Source of the DNA: Alphaproteobacteria bacterium | GTDB lineage: Bacteria > Pseudomonadota > Alphaproteobacteria > MPNO01 | DNA: 64,000 nucleotides | Direction: 5' to 3' | NCBI GenBank assembly: GCA_965248835.1 | Contig: CBDFLJ010000001.1 | Location: 160,001 to 224,000, forward strand | In this document: positions 8,886-18,730 of the stretch, in pieces | Numbering within the stretch: the first letter of the stretch is position 1 | Layout: each line of letters begins with the position of its first letter | Notes under the pieces: model-generated | What the model saw: only the letters and a program-made list of their open reading frames with translations | Database searches by the model: none | Told to the model about the DNA's origin: nothing | Program-made: the position numbers and the translations under genes

Positions 8886-10945
8886 CCAGCGTCGCCTTCG
8901 CCCCGCTGGTCGATTGGACGGTGCTGTCGGCGCTCGGCGGGCTCGCGCTCCTCGTGCTGGCGCTCGGCGCGTTCAGGCGCGCGCGCGGGACGGCGTGGCG
9001 GGCCGCGGCCATCGCGCTGTTGTGGCTTGCGCTTGCCAACCCCGCTCTGGTCGAGGAGGAGCGCGAGCCGATCCCCGACCTGGTTACGGTGGTCGTCGAC
9101 GATTCGCTCAGCCAGGGAATCGACGGACGCGAGGCGCGTACGGCCGAGGCGCTGGAGCGGATCACCGACCGGCTGGGCAAGTACGACGGTCTCGATGTCC
9201 GTGTCGTGCGCGCCGGCGCGAAGGCCGGCGAGTCGGCGGCATCGGCCGAGGACACGCGGCTGTTCGAGGCCATCGGGCGGAGCCTTTCCAACGTTCCGCG
9301 CCGCCGCATGGCGGCGACGATCCTGCTGACCGACGGGCAGGTCCACGACGTGCCCGAACAAGGCGACGCGCTGTCCTTCGGGGGGCCGTTGCACGTCGTG
9401 CTGACCGGCAAGCGCGTGGAACATGACCGGATCCTGTTCATCGACAGCGCGCCGGGCTTCGCCCTGGTCGGCAAGAAGGCGACTATCCGGGTGCGCATCG
9501 AGGACGACAGCGCCGATGGCGGGCTCGCCCGGCTGACGGTCTCCCGCGGCGGCCGGATTCATCAACGGCTTACCGTGCCGATCGGCGTGGTCCACGACCT
9601 TGAGGTCGAGATCGACCGTGCCGGCGCCAACATCGTCGAGCTCGAAGTCGCCGGCCGCGCCGACGAGCTGACGATGCTCAACAACCGCAACCTGGTCGAG
9701 ATCAGCGGCGTGCGCGAGCGCCTGAGGGTGTTGCTGGTCTCCGGCGAGCCGCACCCGGGCGAGCGGGTCTGGCGCAACTTCCTGAAGGCCGATCCGTCGG
9801 TCGATCTGGTCCATTTCACCATCTTGCGGCCGCCCGAAAAGCATGACGCGACCCCGGTGCGCGAGCTGTCGCTGATCGCCTTTCCGATCCGCGAGCTGTT
9901 CGAGGTCAAGTTGGAAGACTTCGATCTGATCATCTTCGACCGCTATCGCCGGCGCGGCGTGCTGCCGGGGGTCTATCTGGAAAACATCGTCAAATTCGTA
10001 GAGAACGGCGGTGCGGTGCTGGAGGCAGCCGGGCCGTCCTATGCTTCCGCGCTCAGCCTGCACCGGACGCCCCTCGGCGCGATCCTGCCGGGCGCGCCGA
10101 CCGGCCGGGTCTTCGAGCGCGGGCTCAAGCCGATCGTCTCCGATATCGGGCAGCGCCATCCGGTGACTGCCGAACTGCTCGGCGCGGCCGGCGACCGGTC
10201 GCGCTGGGGCCGCTGGTTCCGCCAGATCGAGGTCGAGGCGACGCGCGGCCTGACCCTGATGAGCGGCGCCGAGGCCAAGCCGCTCCTGATCGTCGACCGG
10301 GTCGGCAAGGGCCGGGTTGCCCAGCTTCTGAGCGATCATATCTGGCTGTGGGCGCGCGGCTTCGAGACCGGCGGGCCGCATTCGCAGATCCTGCGTCGGC
10401 TGTCTCATTGGCTGATGAAGGAGCCGGAACTGGAGGAGTACGACCTCCGCGCGGTCTCCGACCATCGCGGGCTGACGATCCTCCGGCGCAGCATCGAGCC
10501 CGATCATCCGCCGGTCCAGGTGACGGCGCCCTCGGGCAAGACCACGACCGTTGCGCTGGACCCGGGGCCGGGCGGCCGGGCGCGCGCGCGGACTCCGGTC
10601 GATGAGGTCGGGCTGTATCGCGTCAGCGACGGACAGCGTACAGCCCTGGTCGCGGTCGGCAGCGTCAACCCGGTCGAGTTCTCCGACATGCGCACCTCGC
10701 CGCGGCGCCTGGAACGGTTGGTCCGCGCGACCGGCGGGGGGATCGGCTGGCTCGAGGACGGCCTGCCGTCGTTCAGGCGCGTGCGGGCCGGGCGCGACGC
10801 GGCCGGCAGCGGCTGGTTCGGGCTGGTCGCCAACCGCGACTACCGCGTGCTCAGCATCGTCGAGGTGCCGTTCCTGCCCGGGTTGGTGGTGCTGATCCTG
10901 GGCCTGGGCGCGCTGATGCTCGCGTGGCGGCGCGAGGGGTCCTGA
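8882..10945 (+). CDS. membrane protein with vWA-like and glutamine-amidotransferase-like domains (MoxR operon partner)
   Basis: ATG at 8882 overlaps the upstream stop; VDDSLSQ, TDGQVHD and VSGEPHPGERVWRNFLKADPSVDLVHFTILRPP. Confidence 0.82.
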   Translation: MTSVAFAPLVDWTVLSALGGLALLVLALGAFRRARGTAWRAAAIALLWLALANPALVEEEREPIPDLVTVVVDDSLSQGIDGREARTAEALERITDRLGKYDGLDVRVVRAGAKAGESAASAEDTRLFEAIGRSLSNVPRRRMAATILLTDGQVHDVPEQGDALSFGGPLHVVLTGKRVEHDRILFIDSAPGFALVGKKATIRVRIEDDSADGGLARLTVSRGGRIHQRLTVPIGVVHDLEVEIDRAGANIVELEVAGRADELTMLNNRNLVEISGVRERLRVLLVSGEPHPGERVWRNFLKADPSVDLVHFTILRPPEKHDATPVRELSLIAFPIRELFEVKLEDFDLIIFDRYRRRGVLPGVYLENIVKFVENGGAVLEAAGPSYASALSLHRTPLGAILPGAPTGRVFERGLKPIVSDIGQRHPVTAELLGAAGDRSRWGRWFRQIEVEATRGLTLMSGAEAKPLLIVDRVGKGRVAQLLSDHIWLWARGFETGGPHSQILRRLSHWLMKEPELEEYDLRAVSDHRGLTILRRSIEPDHPPVQVTAPSGKTTTVALDPGPGGRARARTPVDEVGLYRVSDGQRTALVAVGSVNPVEFSDMRTSPRRLERLVRATGGGIGWLEDGLPSFRRVRAGRDAAGSGWFGLVANRDYRVLSIVEVPFLPGLVVLILGLGALMLAWRREGS

Positions 10946-11247
10946 ACCGCGCCGCGCCCGCGGCCGCGATGGGGAACGCAGCCGGCTATTGGAAGCCGAG
11001 GCCGCTGCAGACCGCGAGCACGATGTTCTGGATCAGATAGACGTCCTTGACCAGCGGCAGCGACACCGCGCCGAGGAGCAGAAGGCCGCCGACCAGAATG
11101 TATTCGCTCTTGCCCAAGACCCGACCCGGAAAGGTACGGCCGTTCGCGCCGGCCGGACAGCGCAATCAATCTGAGAGATGAATGTAGACCCTGCGCAATG
11201 CGAAGGCCAGCCTGCGAATCGGCTTGAAACCGGGCCTTTGAAATAGG

Positions 11248-11265
11248 ATACTGACCGCTTAGTAT
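11248..11265. promoter_or_regulatory. candidate TetR operator overlapping the promoter
   Basis: Imperfect palindrome ATACTGA-CCGC-TTAGTAT just downstream of TTGAAA (11238) and directly upstream of the tetR-like gene. Confidence 0.5.
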
Positions 11266-11277
11266 GTAAATATACCC

Positions 11278-12012
11278 GTGCGCAGGGAAACCACGGCCAC
11301 CATGGCGACGATCGCACCGCTGCAAGCCGAGCCCCGCCCGGCCGCACCCGCGGCAAGGCGCGGTCCGCGGACCAAGAAGGAACAGCGCCGGGTGTCGACC
11401 GAGCGGCTGCTGGCGGCGGCGCTCAGGCTGTTCATCACGCAGGGCTACCTCGCCACCTCGGTCGAGGAGATCGGCCGCGCCGCGGACCTGACCAAGGGCG
11501 CGGTCTATTTCTATTTCGGCGCCAAGGCGCGGCTGTTGCTGGCCTTGCTGGACCGGGCCGAGGCGCTGACGGTGGAGCCGACGATCGCCGCGGTCCGGCA
11601 ACGCGACGGCTCGGCGCGGGACAGGCTGGTCGCCTTCATGCACTCGCAGTCGAGCGTGGGCGCCGAGCACGGCGCGCTGATGATGCTGGCGATCCTGATG
11701 GCGACCGAGTTCCACGGCTCGGGCGATCCGATCGAGCACCGGCTGGACGGATTGATGGGCCGGCTCGCCGCGCTCCTGGAAGAGATCGTCGAGCAGGGAA
11801 GGCGCGAGGGGGTGCTGCGTGCGGACCTCGGGGCGCGCGAGACCGCGAGCATGCTGATGGCGGTCAATCAGGGATGTTTCGTCGAGTGGTACCGCCGCGG
11901 CCGCGACCTCGACGGTCCGGGCTTCGTGCGCGCCATGCGCACGATCGTGCTCGACGGGGTGGGTGCGGGCGGGCACGGCGCGTTAAGCGAATCGGAAGCG
12001 GGAGAAAGCTGA
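11278..12012 (+). CDS. TetR/AcrR family regulator
   Basis: LLAAALRLFITQGYLATSVEEIGRAADLTKGAVYFYF HTH. Confidence 0.92.
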   Translation: MRRETTATMATIAPLQAEPRPAAPAARRGPRTKKEQRRVSTERLLAAALRLFITQGYLATSVEEIGRAADLTKGAVYFYFGAKARLLLALLDRAEALTVEPTIAAVRQRDGSARDRLVAFMHSQSSVGAEHGALMMLAILMATEFHGSGDPIEHRLDGLMGRLAALLEEIVEQGRREGVLRADLGARETASMLMAVNQGCFVEWYRRGRDLDGPGFVRAMRTIVLDGVGAGGHGALSESEAGES

Positions 12013-12013
12013 C

Positions 12014-12970
12014 ATGGCAACGTCGATCAAGTCCGATCCGGCCGGAGACGCGCGCGAGCGCGCGCTGCAGGAGCGCATCAAGGCCGGCTTCGTGCTGGAG
12101 GATGAAGACGAGATGACGCCGCGCTATCGCGACGTGCTGGTCAACACGATCCACATCGCCGCCGATCTGGAGGTGGTGACGCTGCCGACCTATTCGCCGG
12201 CGATCAGGACTTCGCCGACGTTGGAGGACAAGATCGCCATCGCCGCAGCCTGCCAGGACGAGCTCGGCCACGCCCAGGTGATGTACCGGATCCTCGAGGA
12301 TTTCGGCTACGACACCCACGACTTCCTGTTCGAGCGCGACCCTGAGAAGTGGCGCACCTTCCAGATGCTGGAGTTCCCGCACGAGGACTATATCGAGTCC
12401 GTGGTCTCGATGTGCTACGGCGACCGTGCCGGCTACATCACCACGACCGATCTGGAGGAAAGCTGCTCTTATGCGCCGTTCGCCCGCTCGCTGCGCAAGG
12501 TGAACTTCGAGGAGACCTTCCACGTCGGTCACGGCGAGCGCTGGGTCCGGTTCTTTTTCAACTATACCGCCGAAACCCGCCGGCGGGTGCAGGAGGCGGT
12601 CGATTTCTACTTCCCGCTCTGCGCGTCCTGGTTCGGCATGCCCGACCATCTGAAGACCCGGACCGATCAGATCTCCTACAAGATCCGCGGCGCCTCCAAC
12701 GACGAGATGCGCCAGAAATGGATGTCCGAGATCGTGCCCTATTCGGAAAGCGTCGGCATCAAGGTGCCGGCCCATTTCGACGAGGAGACCGGCAAGTACG
12801 TGCTCGACTACGAGCCCCCGATCCATCTCGACGAGGAGACCCGGACCTGGCACTACGACCGGCAGATCACCTGGGAAGAGCAGCTCAAGGTCTGGAAGAC
12901 GGGCTCCAGGCACAAGGTCCCCTCGATCACCCGGGTGCAGCAGGAGGTCTGGGGCAAGGACCTCTGGTAA
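12014..12970 (+). CDS. PaaA-like diiron aryl-CoA epoxidase catalytic subunit
   Basis: DELGHAQ and EETFH ExxH motifs; GDRAG; CSYAPFARSLRKV. Confidence 0.82.
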   Translation: MATSIKSDPAGDARERALQERIKAGFVLEDEDEMTPRYRDVLVNTIHIAADLEVVTLPTYSPAIRTSPTLEDKIAIAAACQDELGHAQVMYRILEDFGYDTHDFLFERDPEKWRTFQMLEFPHEDYIESVVSMCYGDRAGYITTTDLEESCSYAPFARSLRKVNFEETFHVGHGERWVRFFFNYTAETRRRVQEAVDFYFPLCASWFGMPDHLKTRTDQISYKIRGASNDEMRQKWMSEIVPYSESVGIKVPAHFDEETGKYVLDYEPPIHLDEETRTWHYDRQITWEEQLKVWKTGSRHKVPSITRVQQEVWGKDLW

Positions 12971-12975
12971 GGACC

Positions 12976-13293
12976 GTGACGGCGACCCGCGATCAGGTGA
13001 TCGACGCGCTGGAGCGCGTCCACGACCCCCATGTGCCGGTGAGCCTGCGCCGCATGGGCATGCTGCGCGATATCGAAGTCGGGCCGGGCGGCGTGGTCAG
13101 CATCGCCGTCTGCATCCCGTGCATGGCCTGCCCCGGGACGGCGATGATCCGCGCCGGCATCGAGGAGGCGGTCGGTGCGCTCGACGGGGTCAGCGAAGTC
13201 CGCGTGCTCGAAGGATGGCACCTGCCGTGGTCGCGCGAGATGATCGAGCCCGAGGTGCGTGAGCTGATGCGCGCCAACGGCATCCAAGTCTGA
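12976..13293 (+). CDS. DUF59/PaaD-like metal-sulfur cluster assembly domain protein
   Basis: GTG at 12976; ALERVHDPHVPVSLRRMGM, CMACP and PWSREMI. Confidence 0.8.
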   Translation: MTATRDQVIDALERVHDPHVPVSLRRMGMLRDIEVGPGGVVSIAVCIPCMACPGTAMIRAGIEEAVGALDGVSEVRVLEGWHLPWSREMIEPEVRELMRANGIQV

Positions 13294-13308
13294 ACGAGCG
13301 AGCAAACG

Positions 13309-13572
13309 ATGACGGCAAGGCACAAGAAGATCGACCGGCCGCGCGAGCGCGGCGGAGTCGCGCCGAAATACTACGAGGTGTTCGCGCGCAGGACGTCGGC
13401 GGACGCGCTGGCGCATGTCGGCTCGGTCGAGGCGCCCAACGACGACCTCGCCCAGATCCGCGCCTGGTACATCTACGATCAGCACCGCTGGAAGGAGATG
13501 TGCGTGGTGCCGCTGGAGGCGATCATCACGGTCACCGAGCACGGCCGGTCCACCAAGATAAAGATGAACTGA
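13309..13572 (+). CDS. PaaB-like subunit
   Basis: YEVFAR..HVGSVEAPNDDLA..A..Y. Confidence 0.82.
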   Translation: MTARHKKIDRPRERGGVAPKYYEVFARRTSADALAHVGSVEAPNDDLAQIRAWYIYDQHRWKEMCVVPLEAIITVTEHGRSTKIKMN

Positions 13573-13573
13573 G

Positions 13574-14356
13574 ATGACCTACAAAGTCGCGGAGCTCGAA
13601 ACCAGCCTCGATCCCGGGCTCGAGACGGACCTGCTGGCCATCGCCGACACCAAGCTGGTGCTGGGCAACTGGTATGCCGAATGCGTCATGAATGGCCGCT
13701 CGCTGCCCGATTTCGCCGGCATCCTCGGCATGTGCACGGTCAATTACGGCCACACCAGGGCGATCTACCAGCACCTCGACCGGCACGGCCACGACTACAA
13801 GCGACTCGAGCGCGGCCGCGGGGCGGACGAGATCCACGCGATGAACCTGCTGGACGCCGCGCCGACCGGCTGGGAGGATTTCATCCTCACCGTCTGGCTC
13901 GCCGAGCTTGCGACCTGGCAGCTCATCTCGGGCTATCTCGGCCATTCCGACCGGGCGGTCGCGGGCATCGCGCGGAAAATCGGCGAAGAGGCCTATTTCC
14001 ATCTCAAATACGCCCATGGCTGGATGCATATCATCGGCGAGGACGCCGATGAGCGCGCACGGTTCGCAGACGCGTTCGTGGCGCGCTACAAGCTGGCGCT
14101 GCAATGGCTCGGACCGGACTCCGCAACCGATCCGGTCTTCGATGCCGGCGAGCGCGACATGCCGCTTGCAGAAATCCGGGCGGCGTTCGTCGCCGAGGCC
14201 GGCAAGGCGGCCGAGCATCTGGGCGGCCCCGCGCTGGCGGTACCCGACCGGGCGGACCTGCCCGCCGATTGGCGCGACGACGCCCGCAGGCTCGGCCCGC
14301 TGCCGGCCGGGCTGTTCGAGGTCGTGCGCTTCAAGGACCCGGAGCTCGCCCATTGA
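13574..14356 (+). CDS. PaaC-like structural subunit
   Basis: LLAIADTKLVLG, GHTRAIY and IARKIGEEAYFHL; iron ligands degenerate. Confidence 0.8.
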   Translation: MTYKVAELETSLDPGLETDLLAIADTKLVLGNWYAECVMNGRSLPDFAGILGMCTVNYGHTRAIYQHLDRHGHDYKRLERGRGADEIHAMNLLDAAPTGWEDFILTVWLAELATWQLISGYLGHSDRAVAGIARKIGEEAYFHLKYAHGWMHIIGEDADERARFADAFVARYKLALQWLGPDSATDPVFDAGERDMPLAEIRAAFVAEAGKAAEHLGGPALAVPDRADLPADWRDDARRLGPLPAGLFEVVRFKDPELAH

Positions 14357-14577
14357 GCGCCGCGCGAGCCAACGCCGAGCACCGAGCCGTTCATTCCGGC
14401 GATCCCGACTTTGCGGGCGTGTGCTGCCCCGACTGCGAGGCAACCGATCTCGAAGTCGTTTCGCTGTTCGGCGGCGCGGCATCGGAGGTCCTGTTCCGCT
14501 GCAACCGCTGCACGAGCTGCTTCAACTGGATCAAATGGCAGGGCGCCCTGCCGCCCAGCGCCCACGGCCGCGATTAA
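14353..14577 (+). CDS. stand-alone PaaD-type zinc-ribbon protein
   Basis: TTG overlapping the paaC-like stop; CPDC...SLFG...FRCNRCTSCFNWIK. Confidence 0.7.
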   Translation: MSAARANAEHRAVHSGDPDFAGVCCPDCEATDLEVVSLFGGAASEVLFRCNRCTSCFNWIKWQGALPPSAHGRD

Positions 14578-14606
14578 AATTCCTCAACCCGGGACCGCGG
14601 GCCGCC

Positions 14607-15773
14607 TCACCCCAGGGCGTCGGCGACGATGTCCCGAAAATCCGCCTCGTCGGGGCGCAGCGGTGCCGTGGCGTTGAAATGGGCCTTCGCGGCGTAGGCC
14701 GCGAGCGCGTCGAGATCGTTGCGGGGATAGCCCAGCGCACGCACGGAGTTCGACAGGCCGAGCCGCATGTTCAGACCGGTGATGCCGTCGGCGACGTCGG
14801 TTCCGGTCTCGAGGCCCATCGCATCGGCGACGGCATCGAGACGCTCACCAAGCGCGGCGTCGCCCTTGGCGCGGTAATAGCGCATCACCGCGGGCCCCGA
14901 GGCGGTGATCAGCGCGCCGTGGTGGAGCGGGCCGTCGGCGAAGGTGTGCCCCAGAGCGTGCACCGGGCCGAGCCCCATATAGATCGCCATGCCGCCTTCG
15001 AGCGCGGCCATCATCATGTGCCAGCGCGCCTCACGGTCGCCGCCGTCCGCATACGCGCGCTCGATATAGGCCGCCACGCGCCGAATGCCGTCGAGGGCGA
15101 CGGCCTCGAGCGGCGGGTTGGAGACGTTGGACAGAAAGCCCTCGATGCAGTGCCCCAGCGCATCCATCCCGGTCGCGGCGGTGAGCCCGGGCGGCAGGCT
15201 CAGGGTCAGATCCGGATCGCAGACCGCGACATCGGGTTTGACATGCGGGCTGCGGATGCCGAGCTGATGGGCGCCCGGGCTCGGGTGGATGCCGCCGCCG
15301 AAGGTGATCTCAGCGCCGGTGCCCGAAGTGGTCGGGACGCTCACATAGGGCGCGACGCCGGCGGTGATCTTCGACGGGTCCTCGAGATAGGCGATCACCG
15401 GCTCGGGATGCGTAGCGACCACGCGCAGAGCCTTGCCCGAATCGAGCACCGAGCCGCCGCCCAGCCCGACGATCCCGTCGCAGCCCCGTTCGCGGTAGAC
15501 CGCCAGCGCGCCTTCGATTCCGGCGATCGTCGGATTCGGCGGTATGCCGTCGAACACCGCCGCTTCGATACCGGCCGGCAGCGCCGCGCGTACCCTGTCG
15601 GCGATGCCGTGTGCGGCCAGCCCCTTGTCGGTGATGATCAGAGGTCGCGCGACGCCGCGGGCGGCGAGCACGCCGCCAAGATCCGCGATCGCACCGAACG
15701 CGAAATGCACCGGCGGCAGGCTGGGCAGAACCGTCACGTGTCTCGCTCCCCTGAAGTGTTCGAAACGGCGCAT
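14607..15773 (-). CDS. iron-containing alcohol dehydrogenase
   Basis: GLGGGSVLD, PTTSGTGAE, TGMDALGHCIE and HHG. Confidence 0.92.
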   Translation of the reverse strand: MRRFEHFRGARHVTVLPSLPPVHFAFGAIADLGGVLAARGVARPLIITDKGLAAHGIADRVRAALPAGIEAAVFDGIPPNPTIAGIEGALAVYRERGCDGIVGLGGGSVLDSGKALRVVATHPEPVIAYLEDPSKITAGVAPYVSVPTTSGTGAEITFGGGIHPSPGAHQLGIRSPHVKPDVAVCDPDLTLSLPPGLTAATGMDALGHCIEGFLSNVSNPPLEAVALDGIRRVAAYIERAYADGGDREARWHMMMAALEGGMAIYMGLGPVHALGHTFADGPLHHGALITASGPAVMRYYRAKGDAALGERLDAVADAMGLETGTDVADGITGLNMRLGLSNSVRALGYPRNDLDALAAYAAKAHFNATAPLRPDEADFRDIVADALG

Positions 15774-15879
15774 TGCCCCGGCGATGCCACCGCGTGGACC
15801 CCGGGATTGCCCATCGCTTGCGCCGTGTGTTCGGCGGCGATGGTCACCGTAAGGCGGCCGGCGAGGCCCGGCTGCAGCA

Positions 15880-16971
15880 TCAGCCGACCCGCCGGTACCG
15901 GGTCTTGCCGTCGGCCTCGTCGGTGATCTTTTCCAGCGCGCCCTCGGTCACCAGGTAGTTCAGGTGCGACAGCGCCTCGCCCATCGCGAAGCCGATCTGG
16001 TGGCTGTCCAGCTCGCGGTGAAACAGCACCGGGATCAGCTCGATCGCCGTGCGGGGCTCGGAGCAGAAGTCCAGCGCGGCATCGAGCCGCTCCCGGTGGT
16101 GCTCGGTGAGATAGTCGAGCCGGTCGTGCAGGCCGTAGAACGGCCGGTTATGCGAGGGCAGCACGAACGTGTCGGCGGCCAGCGGGCGCATCGGCTCGAA
16201 GCTCTCCAGGAACTGACGCAGCGGATCGCCGTTGGGCTCGGAGAACCAGACGCTGATGTTGGTGGTGATCCTGGGCAGCACCTGATCGCCGGAGATCAGC
16301 ACCGCGATCTCCGGGCAGTAGAGCGCGGCGTGCTCGGGCGAATGGCCGCCCCCGATGATCACCTGCCATTTGCGGCCGCCGATATCGATCTCCATGCCGT
16401 TCCAGATCCGCTTGACCCGGCGCGGCACCGGTGCGGTCCAGCGTCCGAAATTCTTCACCCCGGCGCGATAGGCATCCACGCTCGGCCGGTCGAGCCCGTT
16501 GGCGATGAAAAACGCCATCCAGTCGTCGACGTCGTGCGTGACATCCTGGGTCCAGGCGAGATGCGATTGCAGCCATTCGCCGTAGGTCATCCAGAGCTCG
16601 GTGCCGAATTTGTCGGCGAGCCAGCCGGCGAGCCCCAGATGGTCGGGGTGGAAGTGGGTGACGATCGCGCGCTTGAGCGGCTTGCCGCCCATCGGCCCCT
16701 GCATGACACCGACCCAGTGCGACCTGACATCATCGCCGTTCCAGCCGGTGTCGACCACCGTCCAGCCGTCGCCGTCTTCCAACAGGTAGAGATTGATGTG
16801 ATCGAGCGCGAACGGCAGCGGCATCTTCAGCCACCAGATCCCGGGCGCGACCTGCAAGGTCTGGCCGTATTCCAGGTCTTCGTGGGGATAGCGCGGCTGG
16901 TTGGTCATCACTGTCACTCCGGGGCGCGTTGCGGAGCCGAAATCCGGGCTGCCAGCGCCCTTGATCGTCAT
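15880..16971 (-). CDS. MBL-fold metallohydrolase with C-terminal wHTH (start probably 16908)
   Basis: THFHPDHLG, GGHSPEH, SGDQVLPRIT and PSHNRPF. Confidence 0.9.
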   Translation of the reverse strand: MTIKGAGSPDFGSATRPGVTVMTNQPRYPHEDLEYGQTLQVAPGIWWLKMPLPFALDHINLYLLEDGDGWTVVDTGWNGDDVRSHWVGVMQGPMGGKPLKRAIVTHFHPDHLGLAGWLADKFGTELWMTYGEWLQSHLAWTQDVTHDVDDWMAFFIANGLDRPSVDAYRAGVKNFGRWTAPVPRRVKRIWNGMEIDIGGRKWQVIIGGGHSPEHAALYCPEIAVLISGDQVLPRITTNISVWFSEPNGDPLRQFLESFEPMRPLAADTFVLPSHNRPFYGLHDRLDYLTEHHRERLDAALDFCSEPRTAIELIPVLFHRELDSHQIGFAMGEALSHLNYLVTEGALEKITDEADGKTRYRRVG

Positions 16972-17114
16972 CGCGTCGGTCCCGGGGAGGCGCGCGGACC
17001 CTATCAGCGTGACCCGGTTGCAGCAACCGCCCGGACCGGTGTCTTGTGGTCGCCGACCGGCATCCCCTAGACTGTCTCCGCCGGCCCCGATCGGGGACCC
17101 AGGGAGGCCATCGC

Positions 17115-17507
17115 ATGCGCCAGGAGATCCATATCCCGAGCCTCGGTCCGGCGATCAGCCACTATACCGAGGCGGTCCGGTTCGGCGATCTGCTCTATGT
17201 CTCGGGCCTGGTGTCCTGCGACAGCGAGGGCAAGGTGGTCGCCCCCAACGATGCGGTCGGCCAGACACGGCAGATCTTCAAGATCATGAAGGTGATCCTG
17301 GACGAGGTCGGCGCCGGGTTCGAGGACGTGCTCAAGCTGAACCTGTTCCTGACCGATATCAACGACCGGCCGCGGATCAATCCGATCCGCCAGGAGGTCT
17401 TCGGCGATGCCAGGCCCGCCAGCACCCTGGTGCAGGTCGCCGCCCTGGTCTATCCCGAGCTCTGCATCGAGATCGAGTCCGTCGTCGGCATTCCCTCCAA
17501 AAGCTGA
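17115..17507 (+). CDS. RidA/YjgF family protein
   Basis: LYVSG, RPASTLVQVAAL and IEIE; GGGAGG RBS upstream. Confidence 0.9.
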   Translation: MRQEIHIPSLGPAISHYTEAVRFGDLLYVSGLVSCDSEGKVVAPNDAVGQTRQIFKIMKVILDEVGAGFEDVLKLNLFLTDINDRPRINPIRQEVFGDARPASTLVQVAALVYPELCIEIESVVGIPSKS

Positions 17508-17520
17508 GAAAGGTGAGCTT

Positions 17521-18729
17521 ATGGATACGATCGAGCCCCGCCGCGAGACGCACACGCTCGAGGAGCTCGTGCGCAACTCCGGCACTCGCGACATCCTGGC
17601 CCATGCGGTCCGCCAGGCGCAAGCGCGCAACTTCGACGATTACCTGATCATCGATGTCGATGCGCACCACTTCGAGACCCAGTCCTGGCCGGAGATCGTC
17701 CAATACATCCCCGACCCGGTGGTCCGCGACATCGCGTCGAACTTCCGCACCGCCCAAGGCGATATCCAGCCCGGCATCATCCAATCGAGCGGCTGGCCGC
17801 TGCACCAGAACGTCGGCGGGCGCATCCCGCACGACCCGGGCATGCTGGAGCCGGGCGAGCCCGGCGAGCACCGCGACGTCAGCCTGATCCGCCGGGCGAT
17901 CGAGAGCTTCGGGATCGACTACCAGGTCACGTTTCCCACCCCGATGCTGGCGCTCGGGCTGCATCCCGAGCTCGATGTCGAGATCGCGCTGGCGCGCGGC
18001 TACAACCACTGGGTCACCGAACAGCTGCTCTCGGCCGATGAGCGCATCAAGACGCTCCTGTACCTGCCGTTCAACGACCCTCCGGCGTGCGAGGAGATGG
18101 TCGAGCGCTTCGGTGAGACCAAGGGCGTGGTCGGGTTCATGGTCACCTCGGTGCGCTACCGGCCGGTTCACCACAACGCCTACATGCGGCTCTACCGGAT
18201 GATCGAGGAGCGCGGGCTCGCGCTCGGCTTCCATGCCGGGCCTAACTGGGGCGGCGACGGCTATGTCCGCCAGCTCAACCGGTTCCTGACCATGCATGCG
18301 ATCTCGTTCTCGCTGTGCAACATGGTTCATCTGGCCAACTGGGTGATGAACGGGCTGTGCGAGCGCTTCCCCGACCTGCCGGTGGTCTGGATCGAAAGCG
18401 GCATCGCCTGGCTCGCCTTCATGATGCCCAGGCTGGACAACGAATATCTGATGCGGTCCTCCGAAGCGCCGGCGCTGAAACGGCTGCCGAGCGCGTATAT
18501 CGGCGAGATGTACTACACCTCCCAGCCGCTGGAGCGCACCAACATGAAGCTGCTCGAGGCGACGTTCGACGCGTTCAACGCGCCGACCCAGCTCATGTAC
18601 GCCTCGGACTGGCCGCACTGGGATTTCGATGCGCCGAGCGTGATCTACGACCTGCCCTTCCTCGACGAGCAGGCCAAGCGCAACATTCTCGGGCTCAACG
18701 CCAAGCGGGTCTTCGGGATCGATACCTGA
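17521..18729 (+). CDS. amidohydrolase_2 family protein
   Basis: IDVDAH, ERFPDL..VWIESG and YASDWPHWD. Confidence 0.88.
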   Translation: MDTIEPRRETHTLEELVRNSGTRDILAHAVRQAQARNFDDYLIIDVDAHHFETQSWPEIVQYIPDPVVRDIASNFRTAQGDIQPGIIQSSGWPLHQNVGGRIPHDPGMLEPGEPGEHRDVSLIRRAIESFGIDYQVTFPTPMLALGLHPELDVEIALARGYNHWVTEQLLSADERIKTLLYLPFNDPPACEEMVERFGETKGVVGFMVTSVRYRPVHHNAYMRLYRMIEERGLALGFHAGPNWGGDGYVRQLNRFLTMHAISFSLCNMVHLANWVMNGLCERFPDLPVVWIESGIAWLAFMMPRLDNEYLMRSSEAPALKRLPSAYIGEMYYTSQPLERTNMKLLEATFDAFNAPTQLMYASDWPHWDFDAPSVIYDLPFLDEQAKRNILGLNAKRVFGIDT

Positions 18730-18730
18730 A

